Shown here: piece by piece, positions 8,459 through 18,260 of the stretch
How the letters are laid out: each line of letters begins with the position of its first letter
Numbering within the stretch: the stretch's first letter is position 1
Source of the DNA: Patescibacteria group bacterium
Lineage (GTDB): Bacteria > Patescibacteriota > Patescibacteriia > JBHPGJ01
DNA: 64,000 nt
Assembly: GCA_042570545.1 (NCBI GenBank)
Contig: JBHPGJ010000007.1
Coordinates: 275-64,274 of the forward strand
Direction of reading: 5' to 3'
Program-made: the position numbers and the translations under genes
Notes under the pieces: model-generated
Told to the model about the DNA's origin: nothing
What the model saw: only the letters and a program-made list of their open reading frames with translations
Databases searched by the model: none

Positions 8459-8896
8459 ATGAAATTAGTTATTCAACGAGTAACTTCAGGTCAGGTAAAA
8501 GTAGGTGATAATATTATTAGTGAGATAGGTAATGGGTATGTGGTATTAGTTGGTACCAAGAAGGGGGACGATCAAGAACAGGCAGATAAATTAGTACAGA
8601 AATTATTGAACCTGCGAGTGCTGGCTGATGAAAATAATAAAATGAACAAATCTATTCTTGATACTCAGGGTGAGATATTAGTAATCTCGCAATTTACTTT
8701 ATACGCTAGTACTGACAAAGGTAACCGCCCCAGTTTTATTGAATCAGCTCCACCCGAAGAAGCCAACAGGCTGATAGAATATTTTGTTGATAAACTAAAA
8801 GATAGTAATCTTAAAGTAGTTACTGGAAAGTTTGGCGCCCATATGATGGTTGAATTAGTTAACGATGGTCCAGTAACTATTATCTTAGAGGCATGA
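8459..8896 (+). CDS. dtd: D-aminoacyl-tRNA deacylase
   Basis: VIQRV, SQFTL, GNRPSF and NDGPVT motifs. Confidence 0.97.
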   Translation: MKLVIQRVTSGQVKVGDNIISEIGNGYVVLVGTKKGDDQEQADKLVQKLLNLRVLADENNKMNKSILDTQGEILVISQFTLYASTDKGNRPSFIESAPPEEANRLIEYFVDKLKDSNLKVVTGKFGAHMMVELVNDGPVTIILEA

Positions 8897-9210
8897 ATTT
8901 TTACCAAGCTGTCTATCAAGTTGTAAGCAAGATTCCCAAAGGCAAAGTAGCTACCTATGGGCAAGTAGCGACAATACTATCGTCAGCCAGATCGGCCCAA
9001 GTAGTCGGCTGGGCGCTCAGGGCGTTACCAGAAGACAGTAATATTCCGTGGCAGCGAGTGGTCGGTCGACAAGGGCGAATTACCATTATTCATCCCCGAG
9101 CACCGAAAGAATTACAAGCCAAGCTGTTGACAAGAGAGGGAATCAAAGTTGAGAAAAAGGAAAATAATTTCTTTATTGATCTAAATATATACTTATGGCG
9201 GATAAAATAA
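8893..9210 (+). CDS. Alkyltransferase-like (ATL/MGMT family) DNA-binding protein
   Basis: IPKGKVATYGQVA...AQVVG; PWQRVV has Trp in place of the catalytic Cys. Confidence 0.9.
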   Translation: MNFYQAVYQVVSKIPKGKVATYGQVATILSSARSAQVVGWALRALPEDSNIPWQRVVGRQGRITIIHPRAPKELQAKLLTREGIKVEKKENNFFIDLNIYLWRIK

Positions 9211-9941
9211 GCAGTCATAAAATGCAGACACTTTTTCGTCTGCCCCAGTATTATAAGACGATTATCAATCATTTAGTGAACACTGAAAGTGAAGTACAAA
9301 TGCTGGAAAAAATTTTTTTACATCATCAAATAGTATCAGTTCTAGATATTGCTTGCGGTGTGGGCCGACATGCTATTCTCTTGGCAAAAAAAAGATATTA
9401 CATAACCGCTGTTGATTATTCACAACCGCAAATAGATCAAGCCAGAAAAGACGCCAAGAAAGAACGGGCCGCAGTAAAATTTTTAAAAAAAGACGTAAAC
9501 AATTTTGTAAGTCAAAAAAAATACGACGCCGCAATCTGTATGTGGACAACCATCGGCGAGGAACCATTACAATACAGACGGGTAATAAGAAATGTCTATA
9601 AATCCTTAAAAAGAAACGGTATTTTTGTAATAGACAACAGAAGCTGGGAGTACATACCAAAGAAGGGCAAAGAAATAATTACGAATAAAGTGACACAAAA
9701 CCAGATTCAGGTAAAATCACGCCTTCATGATCGTTATACCCAAAATTTTAGAGTAAGAAATGCCGAGTATACTATTAAGGGTAAAAAATATCATGACTTA
9801 TGTATAACCCATCTTCTAAAAGAACAGGACTGGCTCGAGCAGCTAAAAGAAGCTGGTTTTACTCGTTTTACCATCTGGCATGATCGAGAGAAAAAACGTT
9901 TAAAGAGACCAAAACACGTGACCATTGTAGCTCAGAAATAA
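9195..9941 (+). CDS. Class I SAM-dependent methyltransferase
   Basis: VLDIACGVGRH motif I, YDAAICM. Confidence 0.88.
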   Translation: MADKISSHKMQTLFRLPQYYKTIINHLVNTESEVQMLEKIFLHHQIVSVLDIACGVGRHAILLAKKRYYITAVDYSQPQIDQARKDAKKERAAVKFLKKDVNNFVSQKKYDAAICMWTTIGEEPLQYRRVIRNVYKSLKRNGIFVIDNRSWEYIPKKGKEIITNKVTQNQIQVKSRLHDRYTQNFRVRNAEYTIKGKKYHDLCITHLLKEQDWLEQLKEAGFTRFTIWHDREKKRLKRPKHVTIVAQK

Positions 9942-9986
9942 TTGACCAAAACAAAGACTTATGGCATTCTAATTAACCACAATCCT

Positions 9987-10349
9987 ATGATGAGAAAATA
10001 TTACAACAAATTAATTCGCGATAAAATACCGGAAGTTATGGGTAAAAAAGGCAAGGCTTATGAAACTAAACGCCTGTCAGCTAAAGAGTACCGACGTGAA
10101 TTGTTAAAAAAAGTTGGCGAAGAAGCCAGCGCTCTGCCAAAATTGGATAAAAAAGAAGACCTAGCAGACGAACTGGCCGATGTGATTGAGGTTATTGATG
10201 AAGTTAAGCGAACTTATAAAATAACCGATGAAGATTTAAAAAATTCTCAGAAAAAGAATCGGCGTCGTAAGGGAGGATTTAAAAAAAGACTATTTTTGTA
10301 CTGGTCGGAAGACGATGGTTATCAGACCAATGAGCGCCGTAATGTGTAA
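9987..10349 (+). CDS. MazG/HisE-like all-alpha NTP pyrophosphohydrolase
   Basis: YNKLIRDKIPE, K..EE, ELADVIEVI and RKGGF motifs; start trimmed to the MMRKYY methionines. Confidence 0.85.
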   Translation: MMRKYYNKLIRDKIPEVMGKKGKAYETKRLSAKEYRRELLKKVGEEASALPKLDKKEDLADELADVIEVIDEVKRTYKITDEDLKNSQKKNRRRKGGFKKRLFLYWSEDDGYQTNERRNV

Positions 10350-10356
10350 ATCTCAT

Positions 10357-10431
10357 GCGGGTATAGTATAACGGCTATTATGTCAGGTTTCCAACCTGAG
10401 GATAAGGGTTCGATTCCCTTTACCCGCTCCA
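10357..10431 (+). tRNA. tRNA-Gly(TCC)
   Basis: Cloverleaf, loop TTTCCAA, U73 and CCA. Confidence 0.97.
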
Positions 10432-10458
10432 CCTGACTATTGATCTAACAGATTAATT

Positions 10459-10911
10459 ATGACCATGAAAAAACAAGTTGGCGTTGGTGTTGGCATCATG
10501 ATTATGAGAGATAATAAGGTATTATTGGGCCAGCGGCACCACGATCGTAAAAAGGCCGGCAGCAGATTTCACGCTGAGGGCACCTGGACATTGCCGGGTG
10601 GTAAAGTTGATTACGGCGAAACCTTAGAAATGAGTGCCATTCGTGAAATTGCCGAGGAAACGGGTTTACGGGTGGACAAAAAACAGCTAAAATTAGTCAG
10701 CTTGTCAGATGACCGAGCCCCGGAGGCTCATTTTGTATCAGTTGGTTTCCTGATTGATGATTTTGTGGGCGAACCAGAGGTTTTAGAACCTGATACGATT
10801 ACCAAATGGCACTGGTTTCCGCTTGATGAGCTTCCTCAGCCGATGTATTTTCCCAGCCAAAGAGTAATTGAAAACTACCAACGGGGTATAATATACCAAG
10901 AAAATAAGTAA
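10459..10911 (+). CDS. Nudix hydrolase (NUDT15/MutT-like)
   Basis: Nudix box GG.VDYGETLEMSAIREIAEETGL. Confidence 0.93.
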   Translation: MTMKKQVGVGVGIMIMRDNKVLLGQRHHDRKKAGSRFHAEGTWTLPGGKVDYGETLEMSAIREIAEETGLRVDKKQLKLVSLSDDRAPEAHFVSVGFLIDDFVGEPEVLEPDTITKWHWFPLDELPQPMYFPSQRVIENYQRGIIYQENK

Positions 10912-10930
10912 AATAAGCATTTTTTAACAA

Positions 10931-10989
10931 TTACTATATATAGTAGTAGATACCCCCCTATTGACACTATATGTAGTATGGAGTATAAT
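10931..10989 (+). promoter_or_regulatory. Sigma-70 promoter overlapped by two NrdR boxes
   Basis: TTGACA(10961)-N17-TATAAT(10984); palindromes TTACTATATATAGTAG (10931-10946) and ACACTATATGTAGTAT (10964-10979) match acaCwAtATaTwGtgt and lie upstream of nrdD. Confidence 0.85.
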
Positions 10990-11000
10990 CATTAGTAGGA

Positions 11001-11207
11001 ATGGCTATGACCGTCAATGAGCATCATCATGAGTTCAGGTGCCAAGGCTGTAACAAGCTTTTATTTAAGGCCATCTTGATAGACAGCGAAGTAGAGGTAA
11101 AATGTAAGCGCTGTGGTCGGATGAATCTATATAAAGGCGAGGATGCTAATAAATATGTGTGCCATATCTATCCTTGTCCTCATCGTGTCCCAGTAAAAAT
11201 TAAATAA
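11001..11207 (+). CDS. Com-family (Mu Com-like) zinc-ribbon protein
   Basis: EFRCQGCNKLLFK...VEVKCKRCGRMN motif plus an extra C-x3-PC-x-H tail. Confidence 0.75.
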   Translation: MAMTVNEHHHEFRCQGCNKLLFKAILIDSEVEVKCKRCGRMNLYKGEDANKYVCHIYPCPHRVPVKIK

Positions 11208-11322
11208 TTATAAAAATAAGAAGCTCAAACGAAGCTCGTTAATACTTAGGTGGGTTTTTCGCTGTCCGCGGCTTTTAAACCCCACAAATTAATAAATAAA
11301 TTGATTTTAAACGGCAAAAACC

Positions 11323-13440
11323 ATGCCAGTCTATAAAATACAGAAACGAAACGGCGCTATTGTTGATTTTGATGCGCACAAAATTAAAAAAGCTATTGAT
11401 TTAGCGTTTAAAGCTGTTGGACACGAAGATGGTAAGATCGCTACTAGGCTAACCAAAGAAATTACCCGCAAAATTGAGGATAAATTCGTCGACGCTATAC
11501 CAACGGTTGAGCAAATCCAAGATATTGTTGAAGAAATATTAATTATCAACGACTTTTCTGATGTAGCCAAAGCCTATATCCTTTACCGGGAAAAGCGACG
11601 GGAAGCCAGAGAAGAAAAGGACGTAACTATTGAGGTAGAAAAGACCCTTAACGAATATCTGGATAAACTTGACTGGCGGGTAAATGCTAATTCTAATCAA
11701 GGGTATTCGCTGGGTGGGCTGATCCTTAATAGCTCGGGCAAGGTAACGGCCAATTATTGGCTGTCTCACATATATCCCAAAGCGGTGGGTGATGCTCATC
11801 GTAATGCCGATATACACATACACGACTTGGATATGTTTTCCGGTTATTGTGCCGGCTGGAGTCTGCGGATGTTATTGGAAGAAGGCTTTAATGGCGTACC
11901 GGACAAAGTAGAATCAAAACCGCCCAATCATCTCAGCTCAGCCGTTGCCCAAATGGTAAACTTTCTCGGCACCCTACAGAATGAGTGGGCTGGAGCCCAG
12001 GCTTTTTCCAGTTTTGATACTTATCTGGCTCCCTACGTTAAGAAATATGAAGAAGAGATTAGGCAAGGCATGGAGAAGGCCGGCATGTCTTTTGAATCTG
12101 ATGAAAAGAAGGAGAATTACATCAAAGACAACGTATATGATTATGTTTATCAGAATATGCAGTCTTACGTTTTTAACCTTAATATTCCTTCTCGCTGGGG
12201 CACGCAAACGCCCTTTACCAACATTACTCTTGATTGGACCTGCCCAGAAGACTTGAAAGACCAGCGACTAATGATGGGCGGAGAGCCATTTCCCTATACT
12301 TTCGGTGAATTACAAAATGAAATGGACATAATCAATCAAGCTTTTATAGAAGTGATGACCAAGGGCGATGCCAAAGGCCGGACTTTTACATTTCCCATTC
12401 CGACATACAACATAACTAAAGATTTTGATTGGAACGATCCTAAGAACTTGCCGTTATTTGAGATGACAGCCAAATATGGCACCCCCTATTTTCAGAATTT
12501 CCTCAACTCTGACCTTAATCCCAGCGATGTCCGATCGATGTGCTGCCGGCTGCAACTAGACTTGAAAGAATTGCGAAAACGAGGTGGCGGGTTGTTTGGT
12601 TCAGCAGAAATGACTGGTTCAATTGGCGTCGTAACTATTAACACCGCTCGTTTGGGCTATATTTACCAAGGCGACAAACAGAAATTTATCGACCGTTTAG
12701 ACCATTTAATGGAACTAGGCAAGACATCCTTAGAAATAAAACGTAAAGAAATCAAAAAGTGGATGGATCGAGGCTTGTTTCCTTTTACCAAACGCTACTT
12801 AGTAAGATTAAACCATCATTTTTCCACCATTGGCATAAATGGTTTGAATGAAGCCATTAGAAATTTAACTAACGACAAAGAAAATGTCTCTACTAAATTT
12901 GGACAGAAATTTGCCAAGGACATACTCGATCATGTTCGTCAGCGATTAAAAGAGTTTCAAGAAGAAACAGGCAATCTATATAATTTGGAAGCTACACCGG
13001 CCGAGGGGGCTACCTATCGTTTTGCTAAAGAAGACCAGAAACGATTTCCAGATATTATACAAGCTGGTACCCACGATGCTCCATTTTACACCAATTCCAC
13101 ACAATTACCGGTCGGCTTGACCGATGACGTCTTTGAAGCTCTTGAGCTACAGGACGAATTACAAACCAAGTACACTGGCGGCACCGTCTTCCACAGCTAC
13201 ATGAACGAACGTATATCGTCAGCCGAAGCTTGCCGTGATTTGGTCAGAAAGATCTTATCAAACCACCGACTACCGTATCTAACTATTACGCCTACTTTCT
13301 CTATTTGCCCAAAACATGGTTATCTCAATGGCGAACATGATTATTGCCCACGTTGCGATGAGGCAATTGGACTGAGCAAGGAAAGCACAATTAACATGGA
13401 AGAGCGTCAGAAATTCGTTAGCAAAAAAGCTGAGAAATAA
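11323..13440 (+). CDS. nrdD: Anaerobic (class III) ribonucleoside-triphosphate reductase large part, with ATP cone and no glycyl-radical tail
   Basis: N-terminal ATP cone (IQKRNG...), HIHDLD, finger loop RSMCCRL, EATPAEG, YTGGT and Zn site CPKHG...CPRC. Confidence 0.96.
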   Translation: MPVYKIQKRNGAIVDFDAHKIKKAIDLAFKAVGHEDGKIATRLTKEITRKIEDKFVDAIPTVEQIQDIVEEILIINDFSDVAKAYILYREKRREAREEKDVTIEVEKTLNEYLDKLDWRVNANSNQGYSLGGLILNSSGKVTANYWLSHIYPKAVGDAHRNADIHIHDLDMFSGYCAGWSLRMLLEEGFNGVPDKVESKPPNHLSSAVAQMVNFLGTLQNEWAGAQAFSSFDTYLAPYVKKYEEEIRQGMEKAGMSFESDEKKENYIKDNVYDYVYQNMQSYVFNLNIPSRWGTQTPFTNITLDWTCPEDLKDQRLMMGGEPFPYTFGELQNEMDIINQAFIEVMTKGDAKGRTFTFPIPTYNITKDFDWNDPKNLPLFEMTAKYGTPYFQNFLNSDLNPSDVRSMCCRLQLDLKELRKRGGGLFGSAEMTGSIGVVTINTARLGYIYQGDKQKFIDRLDHLMELGKTSLEIKRKEIKKWMDRGLFPFTKRYLVRLNHHFSTIGINGLNEAIRNLTNDKENVSTKFGQKFAKDILDHVRQRLKEFQEETGNLYNLEATPAEGATYRFAKEDQKRFPDIIQAGTHDAPFYTNSTQLPVGLTDDVFEALELQDELQTKYTGGTVFHSYMNERISSAEACRDLVRKILSNHRLPYLTITPTFSICPKHGYLNGEHDYCPRCDEAIGLSKESTINMEERQKFVSKKAEK

Positions 13441-13462
13441 ATTAGCAAATTAATATAATCTT

Positions 13463-13636
13463 ATGGCTAGTCAAACAAACAAAACGCGAACCCGATGCGA
13501 AGTGTGGACCAGGGTAATGGGCTATCATCGTCCAGTATCACACTTCAATATTGGCAAAAAAGCTGAACACTACTCGCGCAAACATTTTCAAGAGTGTGTA
13601 GCCGATAATAAAGCTTTTCGCGAGAAATATAATTAA
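13463..13636 (+). CDS. Stand-alone NrdD glycyl-radical domain (57 aa; missing from the ORF track)
   Basis: Translates to MASQTNKTRTRCEVWTRVMGYHRPVSHFNIGKKAEHYSRKHF...; RVMGY is the glycyl-radical motif. Confidence 0.92.
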   Translation: MASQTNKTRTRCEVWTRVMGYHRPVSHFNIGKKAEHYSRKHFQECVADNKAFREKYN

Positions 13637-13652
13637 TTAAGTTAAGCTAAAG

Positions 13653-14363
13653 ATGCTGATAAGTGGTATCCAGCGTTTTACCATGCTGGATTATCCTGGT
13701 AAAACCAGTTGCATTGTCTTTGTTCCTGGTTGTAATTTTCGCTGCGGTTATTGTCATAATCCGGAATTTGTCTTACCAAAATTGATACAGAAAATAAAAG
13801 ATAGTTTTATTCCCGAAGAAAATTTCTTTAAATTTCTGAATAAACGCCAGGGCCTGCTTGATGGCGTAACCATCTCCGGCGGTGAGCCAACAATTATGCC
13901 CGACCTGGCTGATTTTATACAGCGGATTAAAAATATGGGTTTCTTGGTAAAAATTGATACTAATGGCAATCTTCCCGATCGTCTTAAAACAATTATTGAT
14001 TTGGGACTGGTTGATTACATAGCTATGGATCTGAAAACCAGCAGCGAACATTATTCTAAACTGGTTGGTCCAGGGGCTGATAAAGATAAAATTAATCAAA
14101 GCATAGTGCTTATTAAAGACAGTGGCGTGCCTTACGAATTTCGTTCAACATTAATTCGTGATATTCACGATAAACCAAAGCTTATGAAAATGGCCGAAAT
14201 GATCTCCGGTGCCGATAAATTATACCTGCAGTACTTTCGCTCCGGGCACACTCTCGATCCGGCATACAATAAATACAAGCCTTTTAGCGAACACGAGACC
14301 AAAAAGATGGCCAAAGAAATATTTGAACCATACGTGAGAGAAGTATTTATCAGAGAAGCCTAG
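13653..14363 (+). CDS. nrdG: Class III RNR activating enzyme (radical SAM)
   Basis: GCNFRCGYCHNP CxxxCxxC motif, GGEPT, DTNG; directly downstream of nrdD. Confidence 0.95.
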   Translation: MLISGIQRFTMLDYPGKTSCIVFVPGCNFRCGYCHNPEFVLPKLIQKIKDSFIPEENFFKFLNKRQGLLDGVTISGGEPTIMPDLADFIQRIKNMGFLVKIDTNGNLPDRLKTIIDLGLVDYIAMDLKTSSEHYSKLVGPGADKDKINQSIVLIKDSGVPYEFRSTLIRDIHDKPKLMKMAEMISGADKLYLQYFRSGHTLDPAYNKYKPFSEHETKKMAKEIFEPYVREVFIREA

Positions 14364-14388
14364 GTAGTGATCTTCTGGGCTTATGAAA

Positions 14389-15780
14389 TTATTTCTTCTC
14401 TTTCCTTTTAGTTGCGGTGGGGAACTCGACTATAAACTGCGAACCAGTACCTTCAATACTTTGGACTTCAATTGTGCCGCCCATAAGTTCAGTAAGTTGC
14501 TTGGTAATCCACAAGCCTAAGCCCGTACCACTGATTTCTCTAGTCTTGTCAGTTTGTACGCGGTAGAACTTTGTAAATAATCTTTCGGTGTCTTTAGCGC
14601 TCATGCCGATTCCGGTATCCTCAAATTTAATACGTACTTTATTATCAATTACTTCAGTCATGATGTTTACATGTCCTCGTTCGGTATATTTGAGACCATT
14701 GCCGGCCAGATTAATTAATATTTGCTTAAATCTATCTTGATCGACATATATTAGCGGCAGATCTTCTGTTGGTCGATAATTGAATTCTAGATTTTTATTG
14801 TCGGCCAATGGTCTTAATTCGGTTATCACTTGTTCAATTATTGGACCGATGGCCGTATTGGCTGGTTCAATTTTAAGTCGTCCTTGCTCAATGCGAGAGA
14901 CGTTTAGCAGGTCTTCCACTAATTCGGCCAATCTTTCGGCGCCCGAACTAACGGACTTTAGCGCCTCCTTGGCCTTGGGCGGCAGCTGTCCCATGCTATC
15001 ACTCAGTACCATCTCTAGATACCCCCTAATGCCGGTAATTGGAGTCCGCAATTCATGCGAAGCCATAGAAATAAACTCATCTTTCATTTGATCTACTTCT
15101 TTTAGCTTGCGGAATAGTAGAGCATACTGGAATAAGCGATTATTACTAAAGAGCAGCAAGACGACGACAAAAATTGTTATACCCAAGATTATCATAGCGT
15201 TGGTAACGCTGGACCGAACAAGATCATCAATGACCGCTGACGATATTTTCATACTCACTAGAGCCTGCTTGTCTCCAGCACTGTCGTAAAGGGGACTTAC
15301 AACTTGCCAAAATCGTCTATCACCTTGTCCGCGTTGAGATTGTTCGACTGAGGAAAAAGTATCCGACCTTGTCTGGTAGGCAATAGTTTCCTCCTCGTGC
15401 CAGGCGATGGAGTTATTAAGAGCGTCAGTTGTTTCGCCGATGGCATTTTTTGATAAACTGGCCACTACGACAAAATCTTCACCTTTTGGTTTGAGGATAT
15501 CAATAGCCCACACTTCCTCACTGGCTGCCGCCACTTCAGTTGCAATTCGCTGTAATTTCTTCTCATCATTCAGCAGCTCTTTGGTAGTTGATTGAAATAT
15601 TTTTTCAGCTAGCAGAGCCTTGCGCTGCAATTCAATATCCATATTATCTTGGGCCGTCTGCACGGTGACTAAGGTGTTGTACACCAAAGCGGCTGGTATT
15701 AGTACCATCAGCAAGGTGGCAAATACCAGCTGTCCCCGCTCACTAACAAAAATCCCTGGGAATTTTTTAAATAACCTCAT
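14389..15780 (-). CDS. Membrane sensor histidine kinase
   Basis: Two TMs around an extracytoplasmic domain; H box SHELRTP, N box NL..N..KY, G boxes DTGIG and GTGLGL. Confidence 0.95.
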   Translation of the reverse strand: MRLFKKFPGIFVSERGQLVFATLLMVLIPAALVYNTLVTVQTAQDNMDIELQRKALLAEKIFQSTTKELLNDEKKLQRIATEVAAASEEVWAIDILKPKGEDFVVVASLSKNAIGETTDALNNSIAWHEEETIAYQTRSDTFSSVEQSQRGQGDRRFWQVVSPLYDSAGDKQALVSMKISSAVIDDLVRSSVTNAMIILGITIFVVVLLLFSNNRLFQYALLFRKLKEVDQMKDEFISMASHELRTPITGIRGYLEMVLSDSMGQLPPKAKEALKSVSSGAERLAELVEDLLNVSRIEQGRLKIEPANTAIGPIIEQVITELRPLADNKNLEFNYRPTEDLPLIYVDQDRFKQILINLAGNGLKYTERGHVNIMTEVIDNKVRIKFEDTGIGMSAKDTERLFTKFYRVQTDKTREISGTGLGLWITKQLTELMGGTIEVQSIEGTGSQFIVEFPTATKRKEKK

Positions 15781-17993
15781 GATCCAGATATAGTCGGTTT
15801 ATTCTGCCGGCGATTATAGCTGAAATAGAAGATTGCTAAAATTATGATTACGACTATACTAATAGCCAAAATTATATAAAGAGTAAGCAAATTATTATCT
15901 GACGAGACATCTACATCAGCCCGCAAGAAATCTTCCTCACTAATAGCGATTGCTTCCGAGATAAAGAAAGCCAAAGGATTGCCCTTTTCAGTAACCTTAC
16001 CGGTGTCGTCAGTAATAGTGACATAGACTTCGTGCCGGCCCTCCTCTAACGGCTTATCAACTATGTATGTCCAATTGCCATCATCATCGGTCTTGGTAGT
16101 AACTACCAGAGGATTGGAGTATATATATAACGTCACTATAGAATTTGGTGGTCCGACGCCCCTGAGCACGACGTATGGTTTTTCAATAGTTGGCAGCTGG
16201 AGATTGTCAACATCGTAGACTTTTAATTTATCCGGTACAAGTTCACCGCCTTGCCGCGGACCCAGTGATTCATCCACCGTATCCTCGATTGTTCGCGGCT
16301 TGGACTGGTTTTTAATAATACTCTCAATCTCCTCTAAGCTGTCTATATTTTCAGCGTCTACACCTTGTTGTCTTAAGGATACTATTACGTCACTCAGGTC
16401 CTGAGCCGGCTGACCACTGCCGTCAGTTGGCGGCGAGCCATTGTTTACGGTTACAGTCTTTTTATCAGACTCAAATGCCTGACCATCCAGATCAGTGAAA
16501 TTGGCGTATAGTTGATAACTACCATCCTTAATGTTCTTGGTATCATAAGTTAATGACCATATTTCAGGTATATTCGTTCGCGTAGCCCTGCCTAAATAGT
16601 AATTTTGATTGCCAGCGCTGATAGCATTAAGTTCAATATTACCGACACCGCCCAGAACGCCGACATTAAGTGTTACTATACCTGATATGGTGGTGGGGAT
16701 ATTGGCTAATTCGATTTTAGGCAACAGTAAAATAAAGTTAATAAATCCCTTCCCGGTTATTTGTCCAGAGTAATCATATTCGGTTAATTCAATAATGTGT
16801 CTGCCCGGCGGTAAAACATACGGCAGTGAGTAGATAAAGCGATTACGTCCATCGCTGCTCTCACGCAGATCAGCCGCTACCGTGCTGGCGTTATCAATTT
16901 GTATTGAAACTTGCCGTTGTTTATCTACGCTGCCCTCTACTCTATCAATAGAAAAGTACTGAGCATTTTGTCTGGGAAAATCAACGTTAATACTACCCTC
17001 ATTGATCGTAGGTTGATCATTTCCAGTAGCGGGAGTTTCGTCATCACTTATTGAACCATCTGTCGTTGGGTCACCAGTGGAGCCATCGGTTGTATTATCG
17101 CCTGCCGACTGATCGTTTGGGGTGCCATCATCATTAACATTATTAATAATAATAGAGGCCGAAGTTTTTAATCGAGGACCATAATGCGTTTGACCAATCG
17201 GTAAATATTCAACGTTGACAGTGTGTGATAAGTCTTCAGTCAAAGCGGTTTTAGTCGTGTCTAAAATATATCTATACCAACCATTGTTATCGGGATTATT
17301 TACTGACATATAATCTGCAATAGTAGGATCACCACCGGCTGTTTGATTAACATAAAATAACATATATTCAATATGACCAGTCGGTTTGGCCATAAACAGT
17401 ACTTGTCCGGCCACCTTCTCATTATCTCTTGGACCGTATAATGATAAAGTATTTCTAACTCTAAATCTTTGATAATCGCTGCAAGCCCATTCCCCGGTAC
17501 CTAAAAGACTCTGACGACATACTTTAATATTCCAAGGCCCATTGGCTAACGGTATGGTGTCTAACGGAACTTTGCCATATAATTGGTTGGTATAAATACT
17601 ATTATAAGTAGGAATATCTGATACTGGAATCATAAATCTACCGGTATATTTAATCGGTGCGGTCATGTAAATAAATCTGATTTCCACCTCGTCTTTTAAT
17701 TCAGTCTTGTTGATTAGACCATCAAATCTAACGCCAATCTCTTGAGTGCCTCTAATGGTAGTATTTAAGGCTGGCGAAATAATAGTTGGCGGTAACAGAA
17801 CATTACCCAAGCCACTGTTGGGGTCTTGGTTTATGGTATCATCTTCTCCAAGCACCCTACCCCTGTCGGAATCTGATTGGAAGACATATGAATTTGCATA
17901 CAAACTAAACGCGACCATTACAACAAGACCCGCCAGGCTGATGTATAGCAGGTTGACTCGCTTTAACAATCCGTCACTACCTCCAGGATTCAT
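15777..17993 (-). CDS. Large surface protein with Ig-like (Big) domains and N- and C-terminal TM anchors
   Basis: Repeated DT..L.(N/D)G.Y.L beta modules, D/T/G linkers, C-terminal G.GPPNS.VTLYIYS.P...GNW.Y..LEEG.H motif and TM. Confidence 0.75.
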   Translation of the reverse strand: MNPGGSDGLLKRVNLLYISLAGLVVMVAFSLYANSYVFQSDSDRGRVLGEDDTINQDPNSGLGNVLLPPTIISPALNTTIRGTQEIGVRFDGLINKTELKDEVEIRFIYMTAPIKYTGRFMIPVSDIPTYNSIYTNQLYGKVPLDTIPLANGPWNIKVCRQSLLGTGEWACSDYQRFRVRNTLSLYGPRDNEKVAGQVLFMAKPTGHIEYMLFYVNQTAGGDPTIADYMSVNNPDNNGWYRYILDTTKTALTEDLSHTVNVEYLPIGQTHYGPRLKTSASIIINNVNDDGTPNDQSAGDNTTDGSTGDPTTDGSISDDETPATGNDQPTINEGSINVDFPRQNAQYFSIDRVEGSVDKQRQVSIQIDNASTVAADLRESSDGRNRFIYSLPYVLPPGRHIIELTEYDYSGQITGKGFINFILLLPKIELANIPTTISGIVTLNVGVLGGVGNIELNAISAGNQNYYLGRATRTNIPEIWSLTYDTKNIKDGSYQLYANFTDLDGQAFESDKKTVTVNNGSPPTDGSGQPAQDLSDVIVSLRQQGVDAENIDSLEEIESIIKNQSKPRTIEDTVDESLGPRQGGELVPDKLKVYDVDNLQLPTIEKPYVVLRGVGPPNSIVTLYIYSNPLVVTTKTDDDGNWTYIVDKPLEEGRHEVYVTITDDTGKVTEKGNPLAFFISEAIAISEEDFLRADVDVSSDNNLLTLYIILAISIVVIIILAIFYFSYNRRQNKPTISGS

Positions 17994-18260
17994 ACATATG
18001 GTTTTTATTTTTTACCTTAAAATTATAACAGAAAAATTTTGTTATGTCAATTTAAAATATAATATTTTCTTTGTTTTTATTGACCCAAACAGCAATTTAT
18101 AATATTATATTAGATAACTAAATTAACTCGTCCTTTCAATCTTCCGGCTTACTGCGCCTTATCTATAATGATGAGTCTTTTTAAGGAGGTGGCAACACCG
18201 AGACTCAAAGCAGTCCCTATGGCATGTTTACCCTTGGTTTAGAAACCGAAAGGCAATATC

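Noticed and set aside
13380-13470. Programmed frameshift or readthrough joining nrdD to the glycyl-radical ORF
   Set aside because: The frames differ and a stop at 13451 lies in the frame of the small ORF
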